Shown here: positions 49,943-59,143 of the stretch, piece after piece
Position numbering within the stretch: position 1 is the stretch's first letter
How the letters are laid out: each line of letters opens with the position of its first letter
NCBI GenBank assembly: GCA_038252255.1
Contig: JBBSAM010000002.1
Span: 87,964 to 151,963 of the forward strand
Source: Acidimicrobiia bacterium
Lineage (GTDB): Bacteria; Actinomycetota; Acidimicrobiia; IMCC26256; JAENVU01
Direction of reading: 5' to 3'
DNA length: 64,000 bases
Notes under the pieces: generated by a model
Database searches by the model: none
Seen by the model: the letters and a program-made list of their open reading frames with translations, nothing else
Told to the model about the DNA's origin: nothing
Program-made: the position numbers and the translations under genes

Positions 49943-50045
49943 ACTGAGGGCGCACCCGGGTTCTGGCAAGTCCAGCCGCATTTACCAATGAGGCGAACCA
50001 CTGCGCGCCTGATCGAGCAAACTGCCTGAAGCAGACAACGGGGGA

Positions 50046-53000
50046 ATGCACGTGGGCGATACGCGACCGACGATCGAGAACCCAATCCTCAACTCGCCGT
50101 ACGACGCGCCCACGCGCTGCTTCAAGTTCGACGCCGACGGGATCACGGACGAGATCCTTGACGAGCGCCGAGCGAGCGAGTTCTTCGTCGCGGTGCCGGC
50201 GCCGAAGAAGAGGAGCGGCAAGCAGCAGGAGATCGACTTCCTTGACGTGAGCACTGAGCGTGTCGAGCCGAACGAGCTCATCAACCGGATCCGTCGCCGT
50301 GTCGACCGGTGGCGAGAGTTCGGATATCCGGGCATCACGCCGACGACCCGCGCCCTGCTCGACCACTGGCATGATCCCGAGCGCGAACGACGCCTGTTCT
50401 TTTGTCAGCTCGAAGCCATCGAGACCGCGATCTATCTCGCCGAGGCTGCGGCGAAGAACAGCGACGTGTGGATCGAGAATGCGGTCCGCGACGCGAACGA
50501 TGAAGCGAACCCCGGCCTCTACCGTGTCGCGCACAAGATGGCGACGGGCACCGGGAAGACGGTGATCATGGCGATGCTGATCGCGTGGCACACGCTCAAC
50601 AAGGTTGCCAATCCCCAGGACCGGCGCTTCGGCGACGCGTTCCTCGTGGTCTGCCCGGGGATCACGATCCGCGACCGGTTGCGGGTGCTGCTGCCGAGCG
50701 ACCCGACGAACTACTACCGGGAGATGGACCTCGTCCCTGCGGATCGGTTGGCGGACCTCGGCACCGCGAAGGTCGTGATCACGAACTTCCATGCATTCAA
50801 GCCGAAGGAGAAGCTCCGCGCGCCGAAGACTACGAAGCAGGTGCTGCTCCCCAAGGGTGACACCGCGGGCGTCTTCACCGAGACGCCCGACCAGATGGTG
50901 CGGCGAGTCCTCAGAGATCTGGGCACGAAGCGCCAGATCGTGGTGCTCAACGACGAAGCGCACCACTGCTACCGCCGCAGGCCGGCCGAGACCGAAGCCG
51001 AAGCGACCGTCGACGACCTCGACGCGCTCAAAGGCGAGGAGAAGACGGAGGCGAAGAAGCGCGACGAGGAAGCACGCGTCTGGCTCAGCGGGCTCGAAGC
51101 CATCCAGAACAAGGTTGGCATCCGCGCCATCCACGACCTCAGCGCGACGCCGTTCTTCCTCAAGGGTTCGGGCTGGCCCGAGGGCACGCTGTTCCCGTGG
51201 GTGGTGAGCGACTTCGGGCTCATCGACGCGATCGAAGCCGGGCTTGTGAAGATCCCCCGCGTGCCGATCGACGACGACGCCGCGTCGAAGGACCTCCCGA
51301 CGTTCCGCAACCTCTGGTTCCACATTCGCGATGAGCTGCCCAAGCGGGGTCGGAAGAACACCGACGACGCGAGCGCGGAACCGAAGCTCCCCGCCGCCCT
51401 CCAGGGTGCGCTGCACAGCCTTTACGGCAACTATGAGGCCGCGTTCGTGCGTTGGCGCGCCCACCACGATCTCGGTGGCTCCGCCACGAGTACCCCGCCC
51501 GTGTTCATCGTGGTGTGCAACAACACGACCGTCTCGAAGCTCGTGTACGACTACCTCGCCGGGTGGGAGAAGCCGCAGCCGAAGGGCGAGCCCGTGGTGG
51601 TGCCGGGCGCGCTTCCGCTGTTCTCGAACGAGTACGGCGGTGGTTGGCGTGACCGCGCGTATTCGATCCTCATCGACTCTACGCAGCTCGAGGGCGAGGG
51701 GAGCATGAGCGATGCGTTCAAACAGATCGCGTCGCGCGAGATCGCGGAGTTCAAGGCCGAGTACGCGCAACGCTTCCCCGGCCGCGATGCCGACCAGCTC
51801 ACTGACGAAGACCTCCTGCGTGAGGTGATGAACACTGTCGGGAAGGCGGGCAAGCTCGGCGAGGCCATCCGCTGTGTGGTGAGCGTGAGCATGCTCACCG
51901 AGGGCTGGGACGCGAACACCGTGACGCACATCCTCGGTGTGCGGGCGTTCGGCACCCAGCTCCTCTGTGAGCAGGTCGTGGGCCGGGGGCTGCGCCGCCG
52001 CAGCTACGTGGTCGACGACGACACCGGCCACTTCCTTCCCGAGTACGCCGAGATCTACGGCATTCCGTTCTCCTTCATCCCGGCCGCGGGGCAGGCCAAG
52101 GACCCGAAGCCGCCGAAGCCGGTGCACCGCGTGCGCGCCCTGCCCGAGCGGGCGCGCGCCGAGATCACGTTCCCCCACGTGGTCGGCTACCGCTACGAGA
52201 TTCCCGACGATCGCCTCGGCGCGCAGTTCGGTCCCGATTCGTGCCTCGTGCTCTCGGCCGAGGATGTGCCCACCAAGACGGAGGTCTCCGGTGTGGTCGG
52301 CGAGGTCGAGATCCATACGCTCGACGACCTGCGCCGCGTCCGTCCGCAGCAGATCGCGTTCACGATCGCGAAGGAGCTACTCGGCAAGTACTTCACCACG
52401 CTCGACGAAGAGACCGGCGAGAGACAGGAACGCCCGTGGCTCTTCCCTGCGCTGGTGAGGATCGTGAGCCAGTGGATGGACGACCCCGCGTGTCTCGTAC
52501 TCAAGGACAATGCATTCCCGCAGCTCCTGTGGTTCCAGACCCGGATGGCCGAGGCGACGGAGAAGATCTACCGCGGGATCGTCACGGCCGACGGTGGGGC
52601 ATCGCGCCTCCAGCCCATTCTGCGCGGCTTCGAGCCCGTCGGCTCCACCCGGTACGTGGACTTCGACACCACGAAGCCGGTCTACGAGACCGACCCCGAC
52701 AAGTGCCACGTGAACCTCGTGACCGGAGACTCCAACTGGGAGCACCGCATGGCCCAGGCACTCGAAGAGATCGACGAGGTCAGGAGCTACGTGAAGAACC
52801 AGGGCCTCGGGTTCACCGTGCCATACACGTTCGAGGGGCGCAGCCGCGCCTACGTTCCGGACTTCATCGCCCGCGCCGACGACGGTCACGGCGAGGATCT
52901 GCTCAGTCTCGTGATCGAGGTCACCGGCGAACGCCGGAAGGAGAAGGTTGAGAAAGTGGCCACGATGCGAGACCTTTGGGTTCCCGCCGTGAACGCGCAC

Positions 53001-53093
53001 ACCGGCTTCGGCCGGTGGACGGTGGTCGAGGTCACCGACCCGTGGGATGCGCACGCCACCATCCGCAGTGTCCTCGCCGGAGCGTCTGCCTGA
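50046..53093 (+). CDS. Type III-like restriction enzyme Res subunit (SF2 DEAH helicase with a C-terminal PD-(D/E)xK nuclease)
   Basis: 1015 aa. Motif I is MATGTGKT, motif II LNDEAHHC, and the late helicase motifs SVSMLTEGWDANTV and QVVGRGLRR. The C-terminus YVPDFI...LVIEVTGERRKEK fits a PD-ExK core. Confidence 0.88.
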   Translation: MHVGDTRPTIENPILNSPYDAPTRCFKFDADGITDEILDERRASEFFVAVPAPKKRSGKQQEIDFLDVSTERVEPNELINRIRRRVDRWREFGYPGITPTTRALLDHWHDPERERRLFFCQLEAIETAIYLAEAAAKNSDVWIENAVRDANDEANPGLYRVAHKMATGTGKTVIMAMLIAWHTLNKVANPQDRRFGDAFLVVCPGITIRDRLRVLLPSDPTNYYREMDLVPADRLADLGTAKVVITNFHAFKPKEKLRAPKTTKQVLLPKGDTAGVFTETPDQMVRRVLRDLGTKRQIVVLNDEAHHCYRRRPAETEAEATVDDLDALKGEEKTEAKKRDEEARVWLSGLEAIQNKVGIRAIHDLSATPFFLKGSGWPEGTLFPWVVSDFGLIDAIEAGLVKIPRVPIDDDAASKDLPTFRNLWFHIRDELPKRGRKNTDDASAEPKLPAALQGALHSLYGNYEAAFVRWRAHHDLGGSATSTPPVFIVVCNNTTVSKLVYDYLAGWEKPQPKGEPVVVPGALPLFSNEYGGGWRDRAYSILIDSTQLEGEGSMSDAFKQIASREIAEFKAEYAQRFPGRDADQLTDEDLLREVMNTVGKAGKLGEAIRCVVSVSMLTEGWDANTVTHILGVRAFGTQLLCEQVVGRGLRRRSYVVDDDTGHFLPEYAEIYGIPFSFIPAAGQAKDPKPPKPVHRVRALPERARAEITFPHVVGYRYEIPDDRLGAQFGPDSCLVLSAEDVPTKTEVSGVVGEVEIHTLDDLRRVRPQQIAFTIAKELLGKYFTTLDEETGERQERPWLFPALVRIVSQWMDDPACLVLKDNAFPQLLWFQTRMAEATEKIYRGIVTADGGASRLQPILRGFEPVGSTRYVDFDTTKPVYETDPDKCHVNLVTGDSNWEHRMAQALEEIDEVRSYVKNQGLGFTVPYTFEGRSRAYVPDFIARADDGHGEDLLSLVIEVTGERRKEKVEKVATMRDLWVPAVNAHTGFGRWTVVEVTDPWDAHATIRSVLAGASA

Positions 53094-55792
53094 TGCCGCC
53101 CGCGAAGAAGCCCACCAAGAAGAAGGTCGCCGCGCCGACGGCGGTCGAGGCCACGACGCACGCGGACACGCGCGTCAACATACCGACCGACGCGCAACGC
53201 GACTTCGTCGCCGACGACGAGCGCGCGCCGCTCCCGGTCTCGATCCCGCGCTACGCGGAGTACCGCGACCCGTCACTCGATCCGCAGCTCATCTGGAACG
53301 GCAAGATCAGCCAGGACGCCGACGGGCTCGACGTGCCCGCGGTGCCCATCTACATCCAGGAGAAGATCGACCCGCGGGCGATCATCGAGAACCTGCGCGA
53401 CACCGCCGCACCCGGCGAGGACGAGCCCGAGCTCAGCCTGTTCGACACGTTCGACGGGCTCGGCGGCTACGACCTGGTGGAGTTCTACGAGCACGACGCC
53501 AACTGGGCGAACCGGCTCGTGCTCGGCGACTCGCTGCTCGTGATGACGAGCCTCGCGGAGAAGGAGCGGATGCGCGGCAAGGTCCAGATGATCTACGTGG
53601 ACCCGCCGTACGGCATCAAGTTCGGCTCCAACTGGCAGGTGAGCACCCGCAAGCGCGACGTGAAGGACGGCAAGGCGGAAGACGTCACCCGCCAGCCCGA
53701 ACAGATCAAGGCCTTCCGCGACACGTGGGAGCTCGGCATCCACTCGTACCTCTCGTACCTGCGCGACCGTTTCACGGTGGCGCGCGACCTGCTCACCGAG
53801 ACCGGCAGCATGTTCGTGCAGATCGGCGACGAGAACGTCCACCTCGTCCGCAGCGTCATGGACGAGGTCTTCGGCTCGGAGAACTTCGTCAGTCAGATCG
53901 CGTTCAAGAAGACCAGCGCGGTCGGAAGCTTCGCTGGTGGAACCAACGTGGTACCGAGCACGTGCGACTACATCCTGTGGTTCGCGCGAAACGGCGAGCG
54001 TGCAAAGTACCGGCAGCTGTTTCGGGACAAAGACCTCGAAGGCGCGGGCGGAGAGGCGTATCGAACTGTCGAGCTCCCGGATGGTTCCACGCGCCCCGCT
54101 ACCGCCGAGGAGCGGCGCACCGGGATCTCCGAGGGTCGATTTTTCCGGCCGGGACCGCTGACGTCGATCACAGTCCGAGAAGCCGCCACGACCGTGTTCC
54201 CGGTCGAGGCTGATGGGAGAACCTTCCTCCCCGGCGGCACTCGCGGGTGGAGCACAAACGCTCATGGGATGGAGCGGCTAGCTCTGGTCGGTCGCCTTAT
54301 CCCCATGGGTCGTTCGCTCGCCTTCAAGCGATATCTCGACGATTTTCCCGTCTTTCCGGTGACCAACCTCTGGGCTGACACTCAGTCAGGGAGCTCGATG
54401 GAGAAGACGTACGTCGTCCAGACCAATACGAAGGTCATTGAGCGATGCATGCTCATGGCGACCGATCCGGGAGACCTCGTCCTCGACCCGACGTGCGGCG
54501 CGGGTACGACGGCCTACGTCGCGGAGCAGTGGGGGCGGCGGTGGATCACCGTCGACACCTCGCGCGTCGCGCTCGCCCTGGCGCGCACCCGGCTCATGGC
54601 GGCCAAGTTCCCGTACTATCTCCTCGCCGACAGTGAAGCCGGCGCGCAGCAAGAGCAGAAGATCACCGGCATCAAACCTGACGGTCCGTTCACGAACGAC
54701 ATCAAGCGCGGGTTCGTGTGCAAACGGGTGCCGCACATCACGCTGAAGTCGATCGCGCAGAACCCCGAAATCACCGAGGGGATGAGCCGTGAGGAGATCG
54801 ACGCTGCCATCACGCGCCACGCCGACACCGAGCTCCTTGTGGATCAGCCGTACCCGGACAACAAGACGGTGCGCGTGTCGGGTCGCTTCACCGTCGAGAG
54901 TCTCTCGCCGCACCGAACCCTCGAAGCGCCCGATCCGTTGAGTGACACGCCCGCACAAACGGACGGCGTGGCGTTCGAGACGATGATCCTCGACAACCTG
55001 CGCAAGGCGGGGGTGCAGAACACGTTCAAGGACGAGCGACTCACGTTCGACCGGCTCGACCCGCTCGCCAATGCGTGGATCCAGGGTGAGGGCGAGTTCA
55101 CCGACGCCGACGGCACCACACGAAGGGTCGCGGTCGCCATCGGGCCTGAGCACGGCACCGTGAGCCCCGATCAAGTGAAAGAAGCGGCCCGCGAGGCACT
55201 CAAGGGCCAGGGCTTCGATCTGTTGGTGATGTGCGGGTTCGCGTTCGACGCGAGCGCGGGGGAGCGGGCCAAGGAGTTCGCGCCCTCCACCGACGGATTC
55301 GCCGAGGCCGCGGACGAGCGCAAGCTCGGTCGGCTGCGCGTGCTGCTCGCTCGGGTGAACCCAGACCTCGCGATGGGTGACGAGCTGTTGAAGAAGACCG
55401 GCTCCGGGAACCTGTTCATGGTGTTCGGCGAGCCCGACGTCGAGCTCCGCCGGCTCGATGGCGACCAGCTCGAAGTGGAGATTCACGGCGTCGACGTGTA
55501 TGACCCGACCACCGGCCAGGTGCGCAGCTCGTCGACCGACGACATCGCATGTTGGCTCGTGGACACGGACTACGACGACACGAGCTTCTTCGTGCGCCAC
55601 GCGTACTTCACTGGCGGACAGCAGCCGTACGACTCGCTCGCGAAGACCCTGCGGGCCGACATCGATGAGTCCGCGTGGGCGACGCTCTACTCCACCATCT
55701 CCCGCCCGTTCCCGGTGCCCGCCACCGGCAAGATCGCGGTCAAGGTCATCAACCACTACGGCGACGAGGTCATGCAGGTCTACGACGTGTGA
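53093..55792 (+). CDS. Site-specific DNA methyltransferase (N6-Ade/N4-Cyt, beta-class, Mod-like) with a long C-terminal extension
   Basis: The ATG at 53093 overlaps the res stop (TGATG). Contains LIWNGK, NRLVLGDSLLVMTSL, the catalytic YVDPPYGIKF and the AdoMet site LVLDPTCGAGTT. About 350 aa follow the catalytic core. Confidence 0.88.
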   Translation: MPPAKKPTKKKVAAPTAVEATTHADTRVNIPTDAQRDFVADDERAPLPVSIPRYAEYRDPSLDPQLIWNGKISQDADGLDVPAVPIYIQEKIDPRAIIENLRDTAAPGEDEPELSLFDTFDGLGGYDLVEFYEHDANWANRLVLGDSLLVMTSLAEKERMRGKVQMIYVDPPYGIKFGSNWQVSTRKRDVKDGKAEDVTRQPEQIKAFRDTWELGIHSYLSYLRDRFTVARDLLTETGSMFVQIGDENVHLVRSVMDEVFGSENFVSQIAFKKTSAVGSFAGGTNVVPSTCDYILWFARNGERAKYRQLFRDKDLEGAGGEAYRTVELPDGSTRPATAEERRTGISEGRFFRPGPLTSITVREAATTVFPVEADGRTFLPGGTRGWSTNAHGMERLALVGRLIPMGRSLAFKRYLDDFPVFPVTNLWADTQSGSSMEKTYVVQTNTKVIERCMLMATDPGDLVLDPTCGAGTTAYVAEQWGRRWITVDTSRVALALARTRLMAAKFPYYLLADSEAGAQQEQKITGIKPDGPFTNDIKRGFVCKRVPHITLKSIAQNPEITEGMSREEIDAAITRHADTELLVDQPYPDNKTVRVSGRFTVESLSPHRTLEAPDPLSDTPAQTDGVAFETMILDNLRKAGVQNTFKDERLTFDRLDPLANAWIQGEGEFTDADGTTRRVAVAIGPEHGTVSPDQVKEAAREALKGQGFDLLVMCGFAFDASAGERAKEFAPSTDGFAEAADERKLGRLRVLLARVNPDLAMGDELLKKTGSGNLFMVFGEPDVELRRLDGDQLEVEIHGVDVYDPTTGQVRSSSTDDIACWLVDTDYDDTSFFVRHAYFTGGQQPYDSLAKTLRADIDESAWATLYSTISRPFPVPATGKIAVKVINHYGDEVMQVYDV

Positions 55793-55840
55793 ATCGGCGG
55801 AATTAGGGCCGGGCATGGCCGAGGGGCCACCGCCCACCTC

Positions 55841-55861
55841 ATTGTGCGATAATCGCACAAT
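55841..55861. promoter_or_regulatory. Perfect 10-1-10 palindrome (candidate Xre operator) overlapping a -10-like GATAAT and the start codon of the Xre-ImmA gene
   Basis: ATTGTGCGAT-a-ATCGCACAAT. The A of the ATG is at 55860, inside the right arm. GATAAT sits at 55848-55853. Confidence 0.7.
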
Positions 55862-56978
55862 GACCTCTGACAACGTGACCACGCAGGAAGACCTTGGCCG
55901 TCGCATCGCCACGGGACGTGAAACTGCAGGGCTCACGCAGCTCGAGCTCGCTGACGCGGTCGGGATCGACCGGACGGCGGTAGCGAAGGTCGAGCGCGGG
56001 AGCCGAAGGGTGTCAGCGACCGAGTTGGTTCGGATAGCAGCTGCGCTCGACCGGCCGGTTGACTGGTTCGTTTCAGAACCGCCACCGGCTGTCATCAGCA
56101 GGCGGGAGGACGTGTCGGTCAACGGGCGCTCGAAGCGTTTGGACGCAACAGTCGATCGTGTCGGGCGTGACGTTGCGTTCTTGCTCTTGGAGTCCGTGCT
56201 CCCGGCGCGCGAGCGCGAGAGCTTCGCGACTCCAGAAAGTTTCGAAGCGGCAGCGCAACTGGCTGAACGTGCGCGGGGGTTGCTCTCCTCGGGAGACGGT
56301 CCTCTGTTCGATCTGCAGCGCGCGTGCGAGCAGCTCGGTCTCCTAGCGTTTTCACTGTCCTTGGGTGACGGAGGCGGGGACGCGGCATACGTCGACGTGG
56401 ACGGATGGGGTGTTGCCGTCGTCAATGGCGATACCGATCCTGGGCGCCGTCGATTCAACCTCGCGCACGAGTTGGGCCACCATCTTGTTGGCGATGCATA
56501 CGCGGCCGAGGTGACGATCACCGCTGGCGACGAGACGGAAAAGCTCCTCAATGCGTTCGCTGCGTACCTTCTGATGCCGCGATCTGGTGTCACGGCGACC
56601 TGGAACGAGTTCAGCGACCGTGATCGGCGGCTCGCAGCAATCGCTGTGGCAACGCGGTACCGGGTGAGCTGGAGCGCCGCGCTGGCTCACCTCCGCAATC
56701 TTGAGCTCATCGACAGTGCAGAGATCGAAGAGCTCACGCCTGCAACACCGCGTGGCGGGGATCTCGTCGAACTGGGCGAATGGTGGGTTCCCGAACTCGA
56801 TCCGCCGAGCGTCCCGCCTGACTACGGCCGCCGGGTCGTCACGGCCTATAGGGCGTCCAAGTTGACCGCGGCCCGGGCAGTCGAGCTCCTCTGGGGCACG
56901 GTCACCGAAGCCGACTTGCCCGAGGTCGAGGGCATTCCGGTCGACGCCCTCCGCCGTGAGTTCGATCCTCTGCAGTGA
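55860..56978 (+). CDS. Xre-type HTH fused to an ImmA/IrrE-family zinc metallopeptidase (COG2856-like)
   Basis: 372 aa. The N-terminal HTH is LGRRIATGRETAGLTQLELADAVGIDRTAVAKVERGSRRVSATELVRIAAAL. The central FNLAHELGHHLVGD (HExxH) is followed by AFAAYLLMP. Confidence 0.85.
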   Translation: MTSDNVTTQEDLGRRIATGRETAGLTQLELADAVGIDRTAVAKVERGSRRVSATELVRIAAALDRPVDWFVSEPPPAVISRREDVSVNGRSKRLDATVDRVGRDVAFLLLESVLPARERESFATPESFEAAAQLAERARGLLSSGDGPLFDLQRACEQLGLLAFSLSLGDGGGDAAYVDVDGWGVAVVNGDTDPGRRRFNLAHELGHHLVGDAYAAEVTITAGDETEKLLNAFAAYLLMPRSGVTATWNEFSDRDRRLAAIAVATRYRVSWSAALAHLRNLELIDSAEIEELTPATPRGGDLVELGEWWVPELDPPSVPPDYGRRVVTAYRASKLTAARAVELLWGTVTEADLPEVEGIPVDALRREFDPLQ

Positions 56979-57508
56979 GGACGTTGGTGTTCGACAACAC
57001 CGTGCTCAGTCATTTTGCGCGGGCTGGCCAGCTTGATGTGCTGCGTGAGATTTCTGACGGCGCCCGGCGCGTCATGCCGGCCGAGGTCGCAGTCGAACTC
57101 GTCGCAGGGATACGTGAGCATCCAGCGCTAGCAAAGGTCCTCGATCGGGAATGGCTCGAGACCGTCGAACTGGTTGACGTCAACGAGATCGTGGCGTTTG
57201 CTCGGTACAAGGCCGAGTTCGGTGGCGGTATCGACCGGAACAACGGAGAGGCAGCGGTGCTCGCCTGGACCAGCGTCCACGGCGGGACCGCGATCGTGGA
57301 CGACGCGGTTGCTGCTCGTGCTGCGAAGCGTGACGGTGTCGATGTCCACGGCACGTTGTGGCTCGTCGCGAATGGGTTTCGTGATGGCAAACTCAAGCGT
57401 GCCGCTGCGGAGGAGGTCGTCGACCTTCTCGCTGCGAGCGACATGCGACTCCCGGTCGATGGTCGGGGATTCTTCGCCTGGGCTTTCCGCGAAGGCTTGC
57501 TCCCCTGA
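56975..57508 (+). CDS. PIN-like nuclease-fold protein (DUF3368/DUF4411-like), candidate toxin/effector
   Basis: The GTG at 56975 overlaps the ImmA stop (GTGA). Translation MRTLVFDNTVLSHFARAGQLDVL...NNGEAAVLAWTSVHGGTAIVDDAVAARAA has the acidic residues and layout of PIN-like domains. The family assignment is by eye. Confidence 0.65.
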   Translation: MRTLVFDNTVLSHFARAGQLDVLREISDGARRVMPAEVAVELVAGIREHPALAKVLDREWLETVELVDVNEIVAFARYKAEFGGGIDRNNGEAAVLAWTSVHGGTAIVDDAVAARAAKRDGVDVHGTLWLVANGFRDGKLKRAAAEEVVDLLAASDMRLPVDGRGFFAWAFREGLLP

Positions 57509-57538
57509 GCCCGTTCACCTGCGAGAGCGCGCTCAGCT

Positions 57539-57559
57539 TTGGCAACCGATTGGCAACGG
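57539..57559 (+). repeat. TTGGCAAC doublet (arm-type site candidate) in the right arm of island 1
   Basis: ttggcaaccgattggcaacgg lies about 100 bp upstream of DR2. A second conserved block gcagcgacctgacctgcacag is at 57603-57623 and is also present at 63692-63712. Confidence 0.7.
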
Positions 57560-57661
57560 AACCGGTTGGGCGGGGTGGGATGCACGGATCCAGCGGACTG
57601 CCGCAGCGACCTGACCTGCACAGATAGACGCCGTGGCATCACGACGACGAGACCGATGACC

Positions 57662-57704
57662 TTCGCAACGTAGAAGTCGTGGGTTCAAGTCCCATCACCT
57701 CCAC
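57662..57704 (+). repeat. Direct repeat DR2 (attR of island 1 / attL of island 2): displaced 3' fragment of tRNA-Ala
   Basis: 43 bp identical to tRNA positions 39553-39595 (ttcgcaacgtag...cacctccac). The sequence then diverges (caaatc) before a second short match tcctggtca. Confidence 0.9.
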
Positions 57705-58044
57705 CAAATCTCCTGGTCACAGCGTTGAAACGGGTCGGGCCCGGTCGAGATAGGTGGGCGTTGGCAACCGAGCTCGCGATTTGAGCAGCTTCGTTCCGAC
57801 TGGCGGCGGCAGAACTCCTCGCCGGCGCGCGTCGTCGGTCTTCGGTGCCACGGTCACCGGCTCGAGGTCCGCAGGGCGCACGCCCGAGCCCGAGCGGATG
57901 GCCCCGAGGGCGTCTTTGACTCGCGCTGCACCCGGCAGGGAAGACCGGCGCGAGGTGGCCTCCGAGGCACCGACGACTGGTGCCGAGTAGCCCGGCGGGT
58001 CAATCTCGACTTGTGAGCGGGAGCCGAGGTGCGATCCTGGGGTC

Positions 58045-58617
58045 ATGGCGCGCTACTTCACGGCCGATCTCCACCTCGGCCATCGCAACATCATCGACTA
58101 CAGCGGCCGACCCTTCCGTGACGCCGAGCAGATGAACGGCGCGCTCGTCGAGCGCTGGAACGCCACGGTGACGCCGGAGGACGAGGTGATCGTGCTTGGC
58201 GACTTCGCGATGGGTCGCATCGACGAGACCCTTCCGATCGCGGGTGTGCTCAACGGCCGGAAGGTGCTGCTGGCCGGGAACCATGACCGCTGTTGGCTCG
58301 GGCACAAGAAGGGCGTCGATGTCGCGACCGACCGCTACCTCGCCGCGGGATTCGACGAGATCTGGCAGGGCACGATCGAGATCGCCGTCGATGGTGTGCG
58401 GGTCCTCGCTTGTCACTTCCCGTACCGCGGCGACAGCCAAGACCGCGATCGGTACGTCTCCCACCGCCCCGCCGACGCGGGCGCCTGGCTCCTGCACGGT
58501 CACGTCCATGAGCGTTGGAAGGTGCGGGAACGGATGATCAACGTCGGCGTCGATGTCTGGGACTTCGCCCCGGTAGCGGAACGCGAGCTCGCGGATCTCA
58601 TCACGCAACGACCCTGA
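58045..58617 (+). CDS. Calcineurin-like metallophosphoesterase
   Basis: 190 aa with FTADLHLGH, VLGDF, LAGNHD and LLHGHVH (MPP motifs). Confidence 0.8.
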   Translation: MARYFTADLHLGHRNIIDYSGRPFRDAEQMNGALVERWNATVTPEDEVIVLGDFAMGRIDETLPIAGVLNGRKVLLAGNHDRCWLGHKKGVDVATDRYLAAGFDEIWQGTIEIAVDGVRVLACHFPYRGDSQDRDRYVSHRPADAGAWLLHGHVHERWKVRERMINVGVDVWDFAPVAERELADLITQRP

Positions 58618-58719
58618 GGCAGCGTACCGAGAACTGATGCAGTGCCCGGCGACATCCTTCACGCCTGTCGCACCGGCCCCATTGCCAACGTCGTGCTCGG
58701 CGCGGCGTACCGTGCATCG

Positions 58720-59052
58720 ATGGCTCGTCTTGTCGGCGGCTGGCAGATCGTCGAGATGGATCTATGGGATCGCGATGCGATCGACTTGCTCGGCCCTGCC
58801 TTTATCGAGTTCAGGGCTGACGGCACTGGCAGCTTTCGTTTCATCGCGGTGGAGGGCTACCTCGACTTCAGGCACGACGAACGCGTAGCCGGAGCGAGGG
58901 TCGAGTTCACCTGGGAAGGTGACGACGAAGGGAGTCCCGTGTCCGGGCGAGGTTCGGCAGAGTTGCAGCCCGACGGGTCACTCTGTGGCCGCATCTTCTT
59001 CCACCTCGGTGACGACTCCGGCTTCCGAGCCGTCGCAGACGCCAGCTGCTGA
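58720..59052 (+). CDS. Hypothetical protein
   Basis: Inner ATG at 58720 (MARLVGGWQIVEMDLWD...). No family was recognised. Its last about 35 nt and the next about 25 nt are repeated at 62607-62665. Confidence 0.45.
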   Translation: MARLVGGWQIVEMDLWDRDAIDLLGPAFIEFRADGTGSFRFIAVEGYLDFRHDERVAGARVEFTWEGDDEGSPVSGRGSAELQPDGSLCGRIFFHLGDDSGFRAVADASC

Positions 59053-59143
59053 CGCACCTCCGGCGTCGACGGCCAAGCTGATCCGCTCGGTGCTTCCGCG
59101 ACAAGGCACGTGTGCGACCCTCACGGCGGGCCGGCCGCTTCAG

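Larger units (their letters stand above)
39595..57704. mobile_element. Island 1: tRNA-Ala-integrated, integrase- and relaxase-encoding element (IME-like), about 18 kb
   Basis: Bounded by DR1 and DR2. Carries int (39690), xis plus a MobF relaxase (44307-47844), and cargo. Confidence 0.85.
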
